A stretch of DNA of 64,000 nucleotides from Solirubrobacterales bacterium (GCA_026392255.1 JAPLCJ010000049.1:6921-70920), one strand, 5' to 3'; positions 39,073 to 49,244 are shown, counted from the stretch's first letter. Translations and numbers: made by a program. The notes: generated from the sequence alone by a model not told the origin.

Positions 39073-40302
39073 TCAACCGCCGAAATCCTCTTCGATGACA
39101 CGGATGGCCCTCGGCTGAGCCCGCAAGGAATCAAGTCCGGCGAGCACCGTGAGTGCCTTCTGGAACTTGGAGTCCGCGACGGGATGGCTGACCATTACAA
39201 GCCTCGCGTTGCCAGCGTTTCCTCGCTGCACCACTGAACGCACAGATACGCCGTGGTCACCAAGGACCGTGGCCACCTGGGACAGCACTCCAGGACGATC
39301 CTCAACCTCAAGATGAAGGTAGAACGCCGATTCTGAATCCGCTACTACCGGAAGCTCATTGGTGGCAGGTGGAACTTGGGCGACTGCGCCGGACGCAATT
39401 GCTACCAAGTCGCCCAGAACCGCAGACGCCGTCTGCGGACCACCCGCGCCCGGTCCCGAAAGCGTGATCTCGGTGATGTCCTCGGACTCAATCGTGACAG
39501 CGTTGAACGCTCCACCAACCGAGGCGAGCGGATGGCCTGGGTAAAGGAAGGCGGGATGAACACGAACTGAAATCCCCTCGCCAACTCGTTCAGCGGTGGC
39601 AATCAACTTCAGCCCAAGGCCGAGCTCACTGGCATAAGCGATGTCATCTGGCTGAATCCCCTCAATGCCCTCGCAGGGGACGCTGTCAGGGTCAACCGAG
39701 GTTCCGAACGCAAGACGGGCGAGAATCGAGATCTTCGCGGCCGCATCGAGGCCGGCGACATCCTCAGTTGGATCAGCCTCGGCATAGCCAAGTGCCTGGG
39801 CTTCTGCCAGAACGTCGGCATACGCGGCTCCAGTGCGGGCCATTTCGCTCAAGATGAAGTTGGTGGTGCCGTTGACAATCCCGTGGATTCGGTCAATGCG
39901 CGAGCCAGCGAGTGACCCGGTCAGAACCCTAATAACCGGCACGACTCCGGCCACAGCAGCTTCAAACCGCAGCTGAACGCCGTTCTCCCGGGCAATAGCC
40001 CAAAGCTCGTCACCGTGGCGGCTGAGAAGCTGCTTGTTGGCCGTGATCACGTGCTTACCGCTACTCAGAGCGCGCGCGAGCATGTCCTTGGCAGGAACCA
40101 GCCCACCCATAACCTCAACAATCACATCTGAGTTGGCAAGGATCGAGTCGAAGTCACCCTGTGAACGAGTCAGGACGCCGACAACCTCTGGCCTTCGGCC
40201 CGTGGTCGCCTCAACCGCATCGGCACGCTGGGCAACTAGCGTCTCGAACGCTCCGCCAACAGTTCCATGCCCGAGGAGTCCTATTCGGATTGGCTCAGAC
40301 AT
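39073..40302 (-). CDS. hom: Homoserine dehydrogenase with a C-terminal ACT domain
   Basis: It has [11 protein letters not shown] and NGTTNFILS. The ACT-like tail reads [22 protein letters not shown]. Confidence 0.92.
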   Translation of the reverse strand: MSEPIRIGLLGHGTVGGAFETLVAQRADAVEATTGRRPEVVGVLTRSQGDFDSILANSDVIVEVMGGLVPAKDMLARALSSGKHVITANKQLLSRHGDELWAIARENGVQLRFEAAVAGVVPVIRVLTGSLAGSRIDRIHGIVNGTTNFILSEMARTGAAYADVLAEAQALGYAEADPTEDVAGLDAAAKISILARLAFGTSVDPDSVPCEGIEGIQPDDIAYASELGLGLKLIATAERVGEGISVRVHPAFLYPGHPLASVGGAFNAVTIESEDITEITLSGPGAGGPQTASAVLGDLVAIASGAVAQVPPATNELPVVADSESAFYLHLEVEDRPGVLSQVATVLGDHGVSVRSVVQRGNAGNARLVMVSHPVADSKFQKALTVLAGLDSLRAQPRAIRVIEEDFGG

Positions 40303-41576
40303 CAGGACTTCCCTACCTCACGGGCAAGCAGGTCATCAAAGCTTTCGCGCCGCACTGCCACGCTCGCATTACCCTCGTCTACGAAGATAATCGCCGGCCT
40401 GAGTGCTCCGTTGTAGTTGTTAGCCATGGAATGACCGTAGGCACCCGTAACCGGGACCGCCACGAGGTCGCCGCGCTTAGGGTTTGGCAGCTTGGCGTTG
40501 CTGACGATCTCATCACCGGACTCACAGTGCTTCCCTACCAAACGGCAGCTCACATCCGCTACCTCATTAAGCCGGTTGGCACTGAGAGCTTCGTACTCTG
40601 AGCCGTACGCGAGCGGGCGCAGATTGTCGCTGATTCCGCCGTCCACAGCAACCCAAGTGGAAACATTGGACTTGACTGATTCCACGCTGTACAGCGTCAC
40701 ACCGGCCGAGGCAACAAGTGCTCTGCCGGGTTCAAGCATCAGCTTCACATCAGGCCCAAAGTTTTCTCTAGCGGCTGCAGCGGCTCCGGCAACGAATGCC
40801 TCAATGTCGCCATCCTCTTCGCCGTCCAAGTAGCCCACTCCTAAGCCTCCACCGAGATTGACAACCGGAAACTCTCCTAGGCCCGCGATGGCCTCTGCGG
40901 CGCGGACAATTGAACTCGTATCCCCGAGCTGACTGCCTACATGAATGTGGAGACCTTGAAGATCAAGCGAATCCTGAGCCCGTATTGCGTCAATGACAGC
41001 AGCAGCATCCACAAGGTTGACCCCGAACTTAGAGTCCTCCTGCCCCGTGGAGATGGCGGCAATCGTGTCGCCCGTAACTCCTGGAGTTACTCGCAGTAGC
41101 ACCCGCTGAACTAGCCCAGCCTTGGCGGCGCGATCGGCAATCAGCGAAACCTCGTTGATGTTGTCAATCACGATCAGGCCAACTTTGTGGGCCAAGGCAT
41201 CGTCTAGCTCGGCGTCGCTCTTGGCATTTCCATGGAAGAGGATGTCTTGGGGAGCAAAGCCGCCGAGCAGAGCGAGACGCAGCTCCCCGCCGGAGGTCAC
41301 ATCGCAGCCAATGCCCATCGGCGCGAAAACCCTCCCGACCGCACCAATCGGGCACGCCTTTGAGGCGAACATGATCTTGCCGTCAAGTCCGCTCTGGGCA
41401 AGAGCAGCGACGAATCGTGCGGCGCGCTCGCGGAGCTCACTCTCAACCATTACGTAGAGCGGAGTACCGAACTGGCTGGCTAGTTCTACCGCGTCGCATC
41501 CGCCCAGCATCAAGTGCCCGTCGGGGCTGATTCCGCTCTGGGCGGGGAGAACCGATGGCAGCGAGCGCATTTCCAT
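40302..41576 (-). CDS. lysA: Diaminopimelate decarboxylase
   Basis: It has FGTPLYVM, FASKACP (PLP Lys), EPGRALVA and CESGD. The start is trimmed to the ATG at 41576. Its stop overlaps the hom ATG by 1 nt (TGATG). Confidence 0.92.
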   Translation of the reverse strand: MEMRSLPSVLPAQSGISPDGHLMLGGCDAVELASQFGTPLYVMVESELRERAARFVAALAQSGLDGKIMFASKACPIGAVGRVFAPMGIGCDVTSGGELRLALLGGFAPQDILFHGNAKSDAELDDALAHKVGLIVIDNINEVSLIADRAAKAGLVQRVLLRVTPGVTGDTIAAISTGQEDSKFGVNLVDAAAVIDAIRAQDSLDLQGLHIHVGSQLGDTSSIVRAAEAIAGLGEFPVVNLGGGLGVGYLDGEEDGDIEAFVAGAAAAARENFGPDVKLMLEPGRALVASAGVTLYSVESVKSNVSTWVAVDGGISDNLRPLAYGSEYEALSANRLNEVADVSCRLVGKHCESGDEIVSNAKLPNPKRGDLVAVPVTGAYGHSMANNYNGALRPAIIFVDEGNASVAVRRESFDDLLAREVGKS

Positions 41577-41654
41577 GCCCTGATGATCGCACGGGCACCC
41601 CTCACGGCGGGGGCTGCGGCCGCCGTCCTGCGCGGATGCTGCCATTCTTTGGCG

Positions 41655-42338
41655 ATGAAAACCCCCCAGCAGGCACCAACCCCACCCACGGAGACAGGCC
41701 GTGAGCAAGGTCTCGAATGGGCGCGCTTTGACCCGCTCGACTCACCGGTCGGCGGCGTCCTAATCCTGCACGGAGCTGGTTCACGCAAGGAGAACCACTA
41801 CGACGTTGCACGTCTGATGACCGCTGCTGGCCTATCTGCAATCTGTTTTGACCAGCGCGGGCACGGCACAAGCGACGGTCCGATGGACGAGCGGCTGTTG
41901 GAAGATGTCGTGTCTGTCGCGGGACTCTTCGGCCAGCTTCCAGTCGGGCTGAGGGGCTCAAGCATGGGTGGATTTGTCGCGCTGGGAGCTGCCAGAGCAG
42001 CTGACGCAACTGCAGTGGTTGCCATCTGCCCGACAACAGCCGCACAGTTTGGCGAAGGAGTAAGGGCTGGGCGGATGGGGTTCGACGCAGACCCAAAGGC
42101 AATCGCCAGCGTTCTTGACCGCGGCGAGCCGGACCCGCCGGATGTCCCAGTGCTCCTACTTCACGCGGATGGAGACGAGGTCGTTCCCGTCAGTCGCTCC
42201 CGTGCGCTGGCCCCTCTCCTTACCAACGAGGCTTCGCGTTATGTCGAAGTACCCGGCGGGCACCACCGCTCGCTTCAGCACGATCCAGAGTTCGTAGCCC
42301 TGAGCGTCAAGTTTCTCGCTCAACACATCCCTAGCTAG
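41655..42338 (+). CDS. Alpha/beta hydrolase
   Basis: It has HGAGSRKENH and the nucleophile elbow GSSMGG. The start is trimmed to the ATG at 41655. Confidence 0.75.
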   Translation: MKTPQQAPTPPTETGREQGLEWARFDPLDSPVGGVLILHGAGSRKENHYDVARLMTAAGLSAICFDQRGHGTSDGPMDERLLEDVVSVAGLFGQLPVGLRGSSMGGFVALGAARAADATAVVAICPTTAAQFGEGVRAGRMGFDADPKAIASVLDRGEPDPPDVPVLLLHADGDEVVPVSRSRALAPLLTNEASRYVEVPGGHHRSLQHDPEFVALSVKFLAQHIPS

Positions 42339-42342
42339 GGAC

Positions 42343-43119
42343 TCAGGCTTGGGCGTCTGGCTGGTCGAGCCTAAGGCCGCCGCGCTTGCCATTGAAAACA
42401 AGCCAAGCCGTTCCCGCCAAGCCGATAACCAGTGCCCACACCTGCGGTTGAGTCAGACCGATTGCGGCATCTGAGTTCCTACGGATGAACTCAACGAGGA
42501 AGCGCTCAACACTCGATGCCACCATCCAGAGGGCGAAAAGTGAACCTGGCTTTAGCTTTCCGCGCAGATGCCAGAGGCTGAGGGCCACATAACCCATGAC
42601 TAGGGTTTCATAGACGGGCGTTGGGTGGACTGTCACACCAGGAGCGGTGGGAACCGTCCCGTCGGGATAACCCATTGCCCAAGGCAAGGTCGAGTCCCGC
42701 CCGTAGTCACCATCACCGGAGATCTGACACCCGATCCGCCCGATCGCATAGCCAAGCGCAAGGCAGGGTCCGGCAACATCAAAGAGCTCGATCAACGGAA
42801 CACGACGCCACTTGGACCAGATGAAGACCGCCAGCACTCCTCCGGCGAACCCACCAAACCAAGTTAGGCCTGAGCCGCCGAAGATTGCGCCGAGGGGGTC
42901 GTTGGATAATGCATCCGTGTTGTTGAGTAGCCAATAGATTCGAGCGCCGGCTAGGCCTCCGACGATCGCGAAGATGATCGTTTCCCAAGCCCACTCGTCC
43001 CTCCAACCTAGTTCCCGATAGCGCCGTTGGACCAGTAGCCCCGCGGCAATGAAGGTCAGGGCGAAGAAGATCCCAAAGGTCTGAAGCTGTATCCCGAAGA
43101 TGTCAAAGTGAACGAGCAC
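42343..43119 (-). CDS. lgt: Prolipoprotein diacylglyceryl transferase family protein
   Basis: A polytopic membrane protein with FGIFFALTFIAAGLLV, GRIGCQISGDGDYG (a variant of the GRxGNF box) and HPTPVYE. Confidence 0.75.
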   Translation of the reverse strand: MLVHFDIFGIQLQTFGIFFALTFIAAGLLVQRRYRELGWRDEWAWETIIFAIVGGLAGARIYWLLNNTDALSNDPLGAIFGGSGLTWFGGFAGGVLAVFIWSKWRRVPLIELFDVAGPCLALGYAIGRIGCQISGDGDYGRDSTLPWAMGYPDGTVPTAPGVTVHPTPVYETLVMGYVALSLWHLRGKLKPGSLFALWMVASSVERFLVEFIRRNSDAAIGLTQPQVWALVIGLAGTAWLVFNGKRGGLRLDQPDAQA

Positions 43120-43153
43120 TAGAAGCGAGTCTAGCGGGCTAGCCGCCTGCGGG

Positions 43154-44368
43154 TCAGAGCCAGTTCATAGGGTTCGTGACCGAACCATTGACACGCACTT
43201 CAAAGTGAAGGTGCGCGCCGAAGCAAAGACCCGTACATCCGATGTACCCGATCACTTGACCCTGCGAAACATGGGATCCGACGGATGTCGCAAAGCGGGA
43301 CTGATGCGCGTAACAAGTTGATACGCCGCCACCATGGCCGATGCAGGTGTAGTTGCCATAGCCGCCTACCCAGCCCGCAATCTGAACCGTGCCAGAGCCA
43401 GCGGCTCTAATTGGAGTGCCAGAAGGGACACCAATGTCAACGCCTGGATGGCATGACTCCCAAGCGCGACGCTCGCAGAATGGTGAGGTGACAGGTCCAT
43501 TGACGGGCCAGATGAATGTGCCGGATCCGGACCGAATTGGACCGGCAGAAAGGTTCCCAGACCCTTGGAGTTGCCCGGTTACGGAATTGATGTCGGCCTG
43601 GAGAACATCGATCTTCTCGTTCAAGCGCTCACTGTCAGCGCGAACCTGGTCAAGCGCGCCTTGACGCTGTGACCGCGCCGAGGCCCAAGCCTGCTGCTTG
43701 GACTCAAGCTTGCTGCGGACTGCGCTGATCTCATTGCGGCGTTCCAAAATGGTATTGGCGATCGTCTGCTTCTCAGCCTCAATGCCAGCCAGCCGTGACG
43801 CGATGGTGGCCGTGTGGGCCCGTGAGATCCGAACAGCAGTGATGATCTCGCGGTCCTGCTGACCGATCCTTGAAAGGAATTCCTTGTTTTCAATCAGCCG
43901 CGCAAAGCCATCGCTGTGCAGAACGACCGTAATCAAGTCTGGCCTGTCGGACTGGTAGAGCTCAACCAAGCGCCGCGAAAGAGTCTTGCGAGCTTTCCCC
44001 AACTGAGCCTTCAGCTTGGCCAACTCTCCCTCAGATTTTCTGTGTTGAGTCTGAATTACGCGAAGGCGCGCAACGGCAGTGTCCAGTTTCGCCTGAACGC
44101 CGGCCTGACGGGTGCGAAGCGTGGTGATTCCGCCCTGTATGCCGTTGATCTTGTTTGTGAAGCCCGCGATCGTTGACGAGAGGACTCGTGCCTGACCCTG
44201 CTTGTGGTCAATCTTGCCCTGCGCCTGATTGATCTGGTCTCGCATGCTGCCAACCGACTGCGCGCCAGCAGTGGGAACCGCAACTGCGCAGATTGCACAG
44301 AAGGCGATTACTGCAATGGAGGCCAAGGGGGCGCGATTAGCTACGGGGGTCATTCGGGTTTTCCTCAT
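43154..44368 (-). CDS. M23 family peptidoglycan metalloendopeptidase with an N-terminal coiled coil (EnvC-like)
   Basis: It has HPGVDIGVPSGTPIRAAGSGTV, YAHQS and GAHLHFEVRVNG, plus a signal sequence. The alternative ATG at 44353 has a better SD (GAGGA). Confidence 0.85.
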   Translation of the reverse strand: MRKTRMTPVANRAPLASIAVIAFCAICAVAVPTAGAQSVGSMRDQINQAQGKIDHKQGQARVLSSTIAGFTNKINGIQGGITTLRTRQAGVQAKLDTAVARLRVIQTQHRKSEGELAKLKAQLGKARKTLSRRLVELYQSDRPDLITVVLHSDGFARLIENKEFLSRIGQQDREIITAVRISRAHTATIASRLAGIEAEKQTIANTILERRNEISAVRSKLESKQQAWASARSQRQGALDQVRADSERLNEKIDVLQADINSVTGQLQGSGNLSAGPIRSGSGTFIWPVNGPVTSPFCERRAWESCHPGVDIGVPSGTPIRAAGSGTVQIAGWVGGYGNYTCIGHGGGVSTCYAHQSRFATSVGSHVSQGQVIGYIGCTGLCFGAHLHFEVRVNGSVTNPMNWL

Positions 44369-44445
44369 CTATTCCTGAAGGCTTGATAGTCGCTGGTCAA
44401 CAGCCCAACAGGGGCTGGTGAATAGGGATTTGCAGAGAAAAGGGG

Positions 44446-45003
44446 CTAGAAGCCGCGGGGATGGCGCACTGCATAACCAGAGCCGGAGCGCATGGTCTTC
44501 TGCCAACGAGACTTGGCAGAGCTTGCGCCCGAGGTATCAAAACGAGCTCCGGCTACAACCATGAAGACATGGCCGCCGTTGGCGTAAATCGTGATCCATT
44601 GGCCTTTGCCACGATCACCGAAGCTTGCGAAGTCACCCGACACCATTGTCTGCCGGAGCAGCCCACCGCCGTGTAGCGCAACTCCAACTGAACCTGAGCA
44701 GTCGTAACCCCTAGCCAACCATGCTGCATGGCCGCCACCCCAGATGTAGGGAAGTGAGCGGATCTTGTTGCCGGCCCAGATGACCTGCTTGACGGCAAGT
44801 GGCGCTGCTGCGGGCGCATAGGCAAGCCCACTCTTGATAACCACGCGACTACCAGCGACTGTTGGGGTTTTTGGCGTGGAGATAACGGGTGGGGCAGGAT
44901 CGCCAGGCGAGGCGCCGCCAGTGGCGTCATCTGCAAGGGCAGACGGAACCATGACAAGCATGGCCAAAATCGCTGCTGTGGATGTTGTACGGAAAATTTG
45001 CAT
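44446..45003 (-). CDS. Secreted NlpC/P60-like (C40) cell-wall hydrolase
   Basis: It has a signal peptide, YIWGGGH...GYDCSGSV (Cys nucleophile context) and GHVFMVV (His). Confidence 0.7.
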   Translation of the reverse strand: MQIFRTTSTAAILAMLVMVPSALADDATGGASPGDPAPPVISTPKTPTVAGSRVVIKSGLAYAPAAAPLAVKQVIWAGNKIRSLPYIWGGGHAAWLARGYDCSGSVGVALHGGGLLRQTMVSGDFASFGDRGKGQWITIYANGGHVFMVVAGARFDTSGASSAKSRWQKTMRSGSGYAVRHPRGF

Positions 45004-45009
45004 CTGTTC

Positions 45010-45140
45010 GGTTGCCGCCGGAGTTAGCTGTCGGGCTGGCGCTGAACTTGCGCCTCCCGCGACTCTTGCGCGGGATTAGCCCCATGGGATCTTGGGTCCC
45101 CCGGTCACCTGACTTGACGTCAGGTCATTAGGCACGGATA
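45010..45140 (-). promoter_or_regulatory. ydaO/yuaA-type (cyclic-di-AMP) riboswitch in the 5' leader of the NlpC/P60 gene
   Basis: The minus-strand RNA reads GUGCCUAAUGACCUGACGUCAAGUCAGGUGACCGGGGGACCCAAGAUCCCAUGGGGCUAAUCCCGCGCAAGAGUCGCGGGAGGCGCAAGUUCAGCGCCAGCCCGACAGCUAACUCCGGCGGC. It contains the hallmark blocks GGGGGACCCA, GGGG..AAUCC and CCCG.CAGCUAAC in the right order with the expected intervening hairpins. This was compared from memory with the B. subtilis ydaO leader. Confidence 0.8.
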
Positions 45141-45228
45141 AAACTACCACAGGTTCGGACGGAAGCTCCAGCCCCGGCCAGACCGTCGGACCTGCGCCAA
45201 GTGGCCGTGAGAGGTAAGATCAGCCTAG

Positions 45229-46371
45229 ATGAAGGGGATTCTAAGACATCGGCGACCGGCCCCGAGGGTTCTCGTAATAGCCCTCTTGTGTGCGCTATCT
45301 CTCACAGCATGTGGCGGTTCAACCCTGCTTGGAGGCAGCGACGAGTCAAGCGCCGGGTATCCCGAAGTGGCCACGAAGAACACAACTAGGGTTGGGGGCG
45401 AGACGACCGCAGACCGAGCAGCAGCGGTCTCTCTCGCCGTCTGGCCAGGGGCAGGACAGCGCCCAGGCTCCGTTGCCCTTCTCCCCGGAGACTGGCAGTC
45501 TGCACTCGCCGCAACCCCTCTTGCCGCGCCACCCTTCAACGCAGCCTTCCTAATGGCCAACGACGGCGTGCCCGACTCGACAGAGTCAGCCTTGGACGCG
45601 CTTAACCCCACCGGAGTCAAGGCATCCCAGGGTGTGAAGCGAATCCGGATCGGCAGTGCAGATGATCCGGGCGACAGCAGTCAGATCAGTGCTGACTACC
45701 CCGCTGCTCTCGCCGACGCAGTCGACCAGTCCCGGGAGGCTGCCGGCGCTCACATGACCAACTCCGTCGTTGTGGTCGGGACCACAGACTCGCAATGGTC
45801 GATTCCCGCGGGAGCCTGGGCGGCCCGAAGTGGGGACCCAGTGCTATTCGCCGAGAAGGATGCGCTGCCGCAGCCGACTGTGGCTGCTATCCGCCGCCAC
45901 GGACGCCCGCTGATCCTGCTCTTGGCGCCCATTTCAAGCGTCTCCGTCGCTGTTGAGAAGCAGCTGCAGTCAAACGGTGATGTGGTCCGGATCACGGGGA
46001 AGGACCCGACCGACGCTGCTATCGCCTTTGCCCGCTTCCGGGACGGCGACCGTGGTTGGGGACTACTGGACCCCGGTCACGGATTCATCTTCTACAACCA
46101 GAACAACCCGATGGACGGAATCATTTCCTCCCCGCTGTCTAGCGCCGGGACTTGGGCGGCAACTATCCCCCTCCCTTCCGATTCGGCACTCCCGGCTTCC
46201 CTAGACCAGTATCTACGGGATGTACAGCCGGGCTTTAGAGACGACCCAACCCGGTCGGTTTACAATCACGGTTGGCTGATGGGCAACACAGACTCAATCA
46301 GTCAGCAAACACAGGCCAACATTGACCGCCTGCTGGAAATGGTCCCAGCCAACGAACGGATGAACCCTTGA
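45229..46371 (+). CDS. Putative lipoprotein with cell-wall-binding-repeat-like modules
   Basis: It has the lipobox LSLTAC. Repeated segments of the type WQSALAATPLAAPPFNAAFLMAND / IPAGAWAARSGDPVLFAEKD resemble cell wall binding repeat 2. Confidence 0.55.
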   Translation: MKGILRHRRPAPRVLVIALLCALSLTACGGSTLLGGSDESSAGYPEVATKNTTRVGGETTADRAAAVSLAVWPGAGQRPGSVALLPGDWQSALAATPLAAPPFNAAFLMANDGVPDSTESALDALNPTGVKASQGVKRIRIGSADDPGDSSQISADYPAALADAVDQSREAAGAHMTNSVVVVGTTDSQWSIPAGAWAARSGDPVLFAEKDALPQPTVAAIRRHGRPLILLLAPISSVSVAVEKQLQSNGDVVRITGKDPTDAAIAFARFRDGDRGWGLLDPGHGFIFYNQNNPMDGIISSPLSSAGTWAATIPLPSDSALPASLDQYLRDVQPGFRDDPTRSVYNHGWLMGNTDSISQQTQANIDRLLEMVPANERMNP

Positions 46372-46646
46372 GCGACGCCGAATCCCCAAACCTCACAAGC
46401 GCCAACCATGTGCTTAGCATCGATGAAATCCGTGCCCTTACCGGTGCTGCCACACCCCACTTCGCACTCCAAGTTCGGGAACGGGTCAAGCACCTAATTG
46501 CTGACCTTCCCGCCGACAGTCCGGTCAGGGCATTCGGTCAAGGAGAAGTCGACCGCCTGCTTGAGGTTGGCCGTCGCGGAGAAACCCGCGGTACGCCGAA
46601 CGAGCCGACCCTGACACCGCTCGCTTCAGTCGATCCGGAAGCCTGA
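46368..46646 (+). CDS. Hypothetical protein (92 aa)
   Basis: A track ORF whose TTG start overlaps the upstream stop as TTGA. I recognise no motif. Confidence 0.4.
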   Translation: MSDAESPNLTSANHVLSIDEIRALTGAATPHFALQVRERVKHLIADLPADSPVRAFGQGEVDRLLEVGRRGETRGTPNEPTLTPLASVDPEA

Positions 46647-46654
46647 GCAACAAC

Positions 46655-47695
46655 ATGCGGATCGGCCTGTTCCTCGCTTACTGGCCGTGGTTCACTCCCG
46701 AGGAGCAGTCTGATCTGGCAATCCTCGCCGACCGACTGGGCATTGACTCAGTCTGGATCAGCGAAGCCTGGGGACAGGACGCTGTGTCTGTCCTCGGCAG
46801 TCTGTCGGCCCAGACCGAACGGGTGCGCCTTGGCTCCGGCCTGATGCAGATCCCAGCCCGCCAGCCATCTGCCACGGCAATGGCGGCTGTGACCTTGGAC
46901 GTTCTCTCAAAAGGCCGCTTCAACCTTGGGCTTGGCCTCTCCGGGCCGCAGGTATCCGAGGGTTGGTACGGAGTTGCCTTTGACAAGCCCGTCACGCGAA
47001 CTCGCGAATACGTTGAAATTGTCCGCAAAGCTATGGCCGGTGACAAGCTCGAGTACGACGGTGACTTCTGGACAATCCCACTCCCCGAGGATCAGGGGAT
47101 GGGCCTCGGTCGCTCACTCCGAATGCTCGCGCGCCCCGTACAGGAGCGCATTCCGATCTACCTCGGCGCGATTGGCCCTAGGGCAGTCGAACAGGTAGGC
47201 GAGATTGCCGATGGCTGGCTTCCGTTCATGTACAGCCCCGAGAACCCAGACATTCTGGGGGAACCACTCCGGCGCGGCGCCGAAAAGGCGGGTCGCACGA
47301 TTGACGACATCGACATTGCCGCCGTAATTCCAGTGGCCGTGGCCGACAGTGTCGAGGCCGCGCGAGAAGCCACAAAGCCCTGGATCGTCTTCTATCTCGG
47401 AGCGATGGGTGCAAAGACCAAGAACTTCTATGTGGACCTCGCCGACCTCTACGGCCACGGTGAATCTGCCCGCGCATGCCAAGAGGCATTCCTTTCCGGC
47501 GACAGACTAGGGGCGGCCGCCAAGCTGTCAGATGAGCTGATCGACATCTGCACGATCTCAACAACGCCCGACCTGCTCGACGGTCGGATCGCTGCCTACG
47601 AACCAATCGGAGTGAACGAGATCGTCGCCATTCCTTGTGGTGACGCCGAAACAAAGGACCGAACCGTCCGGGCCCTCGCAGCAACACGTGCCTGA
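46655..47695 (+). CDS. LLM-class (luciferase-like) F420-dependent oxidoreductase
   Basis: It has MRIGLFL...DSVWISEAWGQDA...GRFNLGLGLSGPQVSEGWYG, typical of this family. Confidence 0.88.
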   Translation: MRIGLFLAYWPWFTPEEQSDLAILADRLGIDSVWISEAWGQDAVSVLGSLSAQTERVRLGSGLMQIPARQPSATAMAAVTLDVLSKGRFNLGLGLSGPQVSEGWYGVAFDKPVTRTREYVEIVRKAMAGDKLEYDGDFWTIPLPEDQGMGLGRSLRMLARPVQERIPIYLGAIGPRAVEQVGEIADGWLPFMYSPENPDILGEPLRRGAEKAGRTIDDIDIAAVIPVAVADSVEAAREATKPWIVFYLGAMGAKTKNFYVDLADLYGHGESARACQEAFLSGDRLGAAAKLSDELIDICTISTTPDLLDGRIAAYEPIGVNEIVAIPCGDAETKDRTVRALAATRA

Positions 47696-48128
47696 CCAAC
47701 TGCCCGTATCGGTCCTCTACGACGCTGATTGCGGCTTCTGCCGCTGGTCGGTGGCCAAGCTGCTGGAGCGGGACAGTCGTCGGCTTCTGATTCCGGTCTC
47801 TATTCAATCGGCGCAGGGCCAGGCTCTCCTAAGTTCGATCCCAGAAGGCCAACGGCTTGATAGCGCCCATTGCGTAGCGAGCAACGGAGAAATCCGCTCG
47901 GGTGGAGAAGCGTTTGAGTGGATCGCCAGCCGGATCGATGGCCTTGGCCTGGCAGCTCGATTTTCCCAGAGTGTTCCTTGGTTACTGACAGCGGGTTACG
48001 GGCTAGTGGCAGGGAACAGGAGCCGTTTCTCTCGCTGGATGACACCAAGCCGGCTATCAGCTGCTGACCGGGTGATCGCCCAGCACCAAGGGCCGCCTGA
48101 CCCAGACTCATCCGAACCCCGCGGTTGA
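47688..48128 (+). CDS. DCC-family thiol-disulfide oxidoreductase (DUF393)
   Basis: It has the motif VLYDADCGFCRW. I prefer the GTG at 47688 as the start; the track start at 47637 lies inside the LLM gene. Confidence 0.75.
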   Translation: MPDQLPVSVLYDADCGFCRWSVAKLLERDSRRLLIPVSIQSAQGQALLSSIPEGQRLDSAHCVASNGEIRSGGEAFEWIASRIDGLGLAARFSQSVPWLLTAGYGLVAGNRSRFSRWMTPSRLSAADRVIAQHQGPPDPDSSEPRG

Positions 48129-48157
48129 CACCACGGCCAGGGCAGTAAGTTGACCCT

Positions 48158-49213
48158 ATGAGCACTTGGGAACAACTCGCACAACTACCGATCGATGTCG
48201 AGGGCTATGACCTTCTTCCTTTGGCCGAGAATGTCTCCTCCGGCTTCCTGCGGCAAACCACGGTCGTTCGACTCAAAGGCGGTGGACATGAGGGACTAGG
48301 CGAGGACGTTGTCTACGACGGGGTTGATCAGGATGCTTTTCAAGCAGCCGGACCGGTCCATGAGCTGACCTCTGCGCGGACCCTTGGTGATTTCACCCAA
48401 CTGATATCAGAGCTAGATCTCTTCCCAACTAAGTCTCCCGAGCGCGAGGTTTCGCGTCTTTACCGCAGGTGGTCATTTGACTCAGCCGCACTCGACCTAG
48501 CTCTGCGTCAGGCAGGCATGGGCCTAGAGGAGGCCGTCGGCCGACCGTCGCAGAGCCTCGCCTTTGTTGTATCTCTGCGCCTCGGAGAGCCACCGACGCT
48601 TGAGCCGATCATGGAACGACTCGCGATTGACCCGACCGTTCAGTTCAAGTTGGACCCAACGGACGACTGGGATCCTGAACTCATAGCCCAGTTGGCAGCA
48701 ACCGGAGCCGTGGAGTCCGTCGACTTCAAAGCCCTCTACTCAGGAAGTCCGGTAGATCAAACTGGTGGCGTCGAGCTATACCAGCGTGTGATTGGCGCGC
48801 TTCCTGAGGCGTGGATAGAAGATCCAGGCTTGGAGGTTCAGGGCGTTAATGATTTCCTCACCCAACACAGAGACCGCATTACCTGGGACGCAAACATCCA
48901 CTCCATCGCAGACATCGAAGCGTTGCCGTTTAAGCCGAAGATGGTCAACGTCAAGCCCTCCCGCGTTGGCGGACTGCAGTCGCTGATGGAGACCTACGAC
49001 TATTGCGACCGCGAGGGGATCCGAATGTACGGCGGGGGCCAGTTTGAGCTTGGAGTTGGCCGCGAACAGGCTCAGCTACTCGCCTCCATATTTCACGCCG
49101 ACGGGCCAAACGACCTCGCACCAACCGGCTGGAATGCAGTGCAACCAACCGGCCCACTGTTAAGCAGCCCACTCCAGCTGTCTCCGGCGGCGACCGGGCT
49201 GCGCCTAGCCTGA
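48158..49213 (+). CDS. Hypothetical protein, possibly enolase-superfamily (MR/MLE-like) fold
   Basis: The spacing of KLDPTDDW, WIEDP and VNVKPSRVGGL is reminiscent of the metal-ligand and barrel-end motifs of the enolase superfamily. This is a weak by-eye call. Confidence 0.4.
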   Translation: MSTWEQLAQLPIDVEGYDLLPLAENVSSGFLRQTTVVRLKGGGHEGLGEDVVYDGVDQDAFQAAGPVHELTSARTLGDFTQLISELDLFPTKSPEREVSRLYRRWSFDSAALDLALRQAGMGLEEAVGRPSQSLAFVVSLRLGEPPTLEPIMERLAIDPTVQFKLDPTDDWDPELIAQLAATGAVESVDFKALYSGSPVDQTGGVELYQRVIGALPEAWIEDPGLEVQGVNDFLTQHRDRITWDANIHSIADIEALPFKPKMVNVKPSRVGGLQSLMETYDYCDREGIRMYGGGQFELGVGREQAQLLASIFHADGPNDLAPTGWNAVQPTGPLLSSPLQLSPAATGLRLA

Positions 49214-49244
49214 AATCGAATCCCGGGGGGCGGATTCACGCCTT

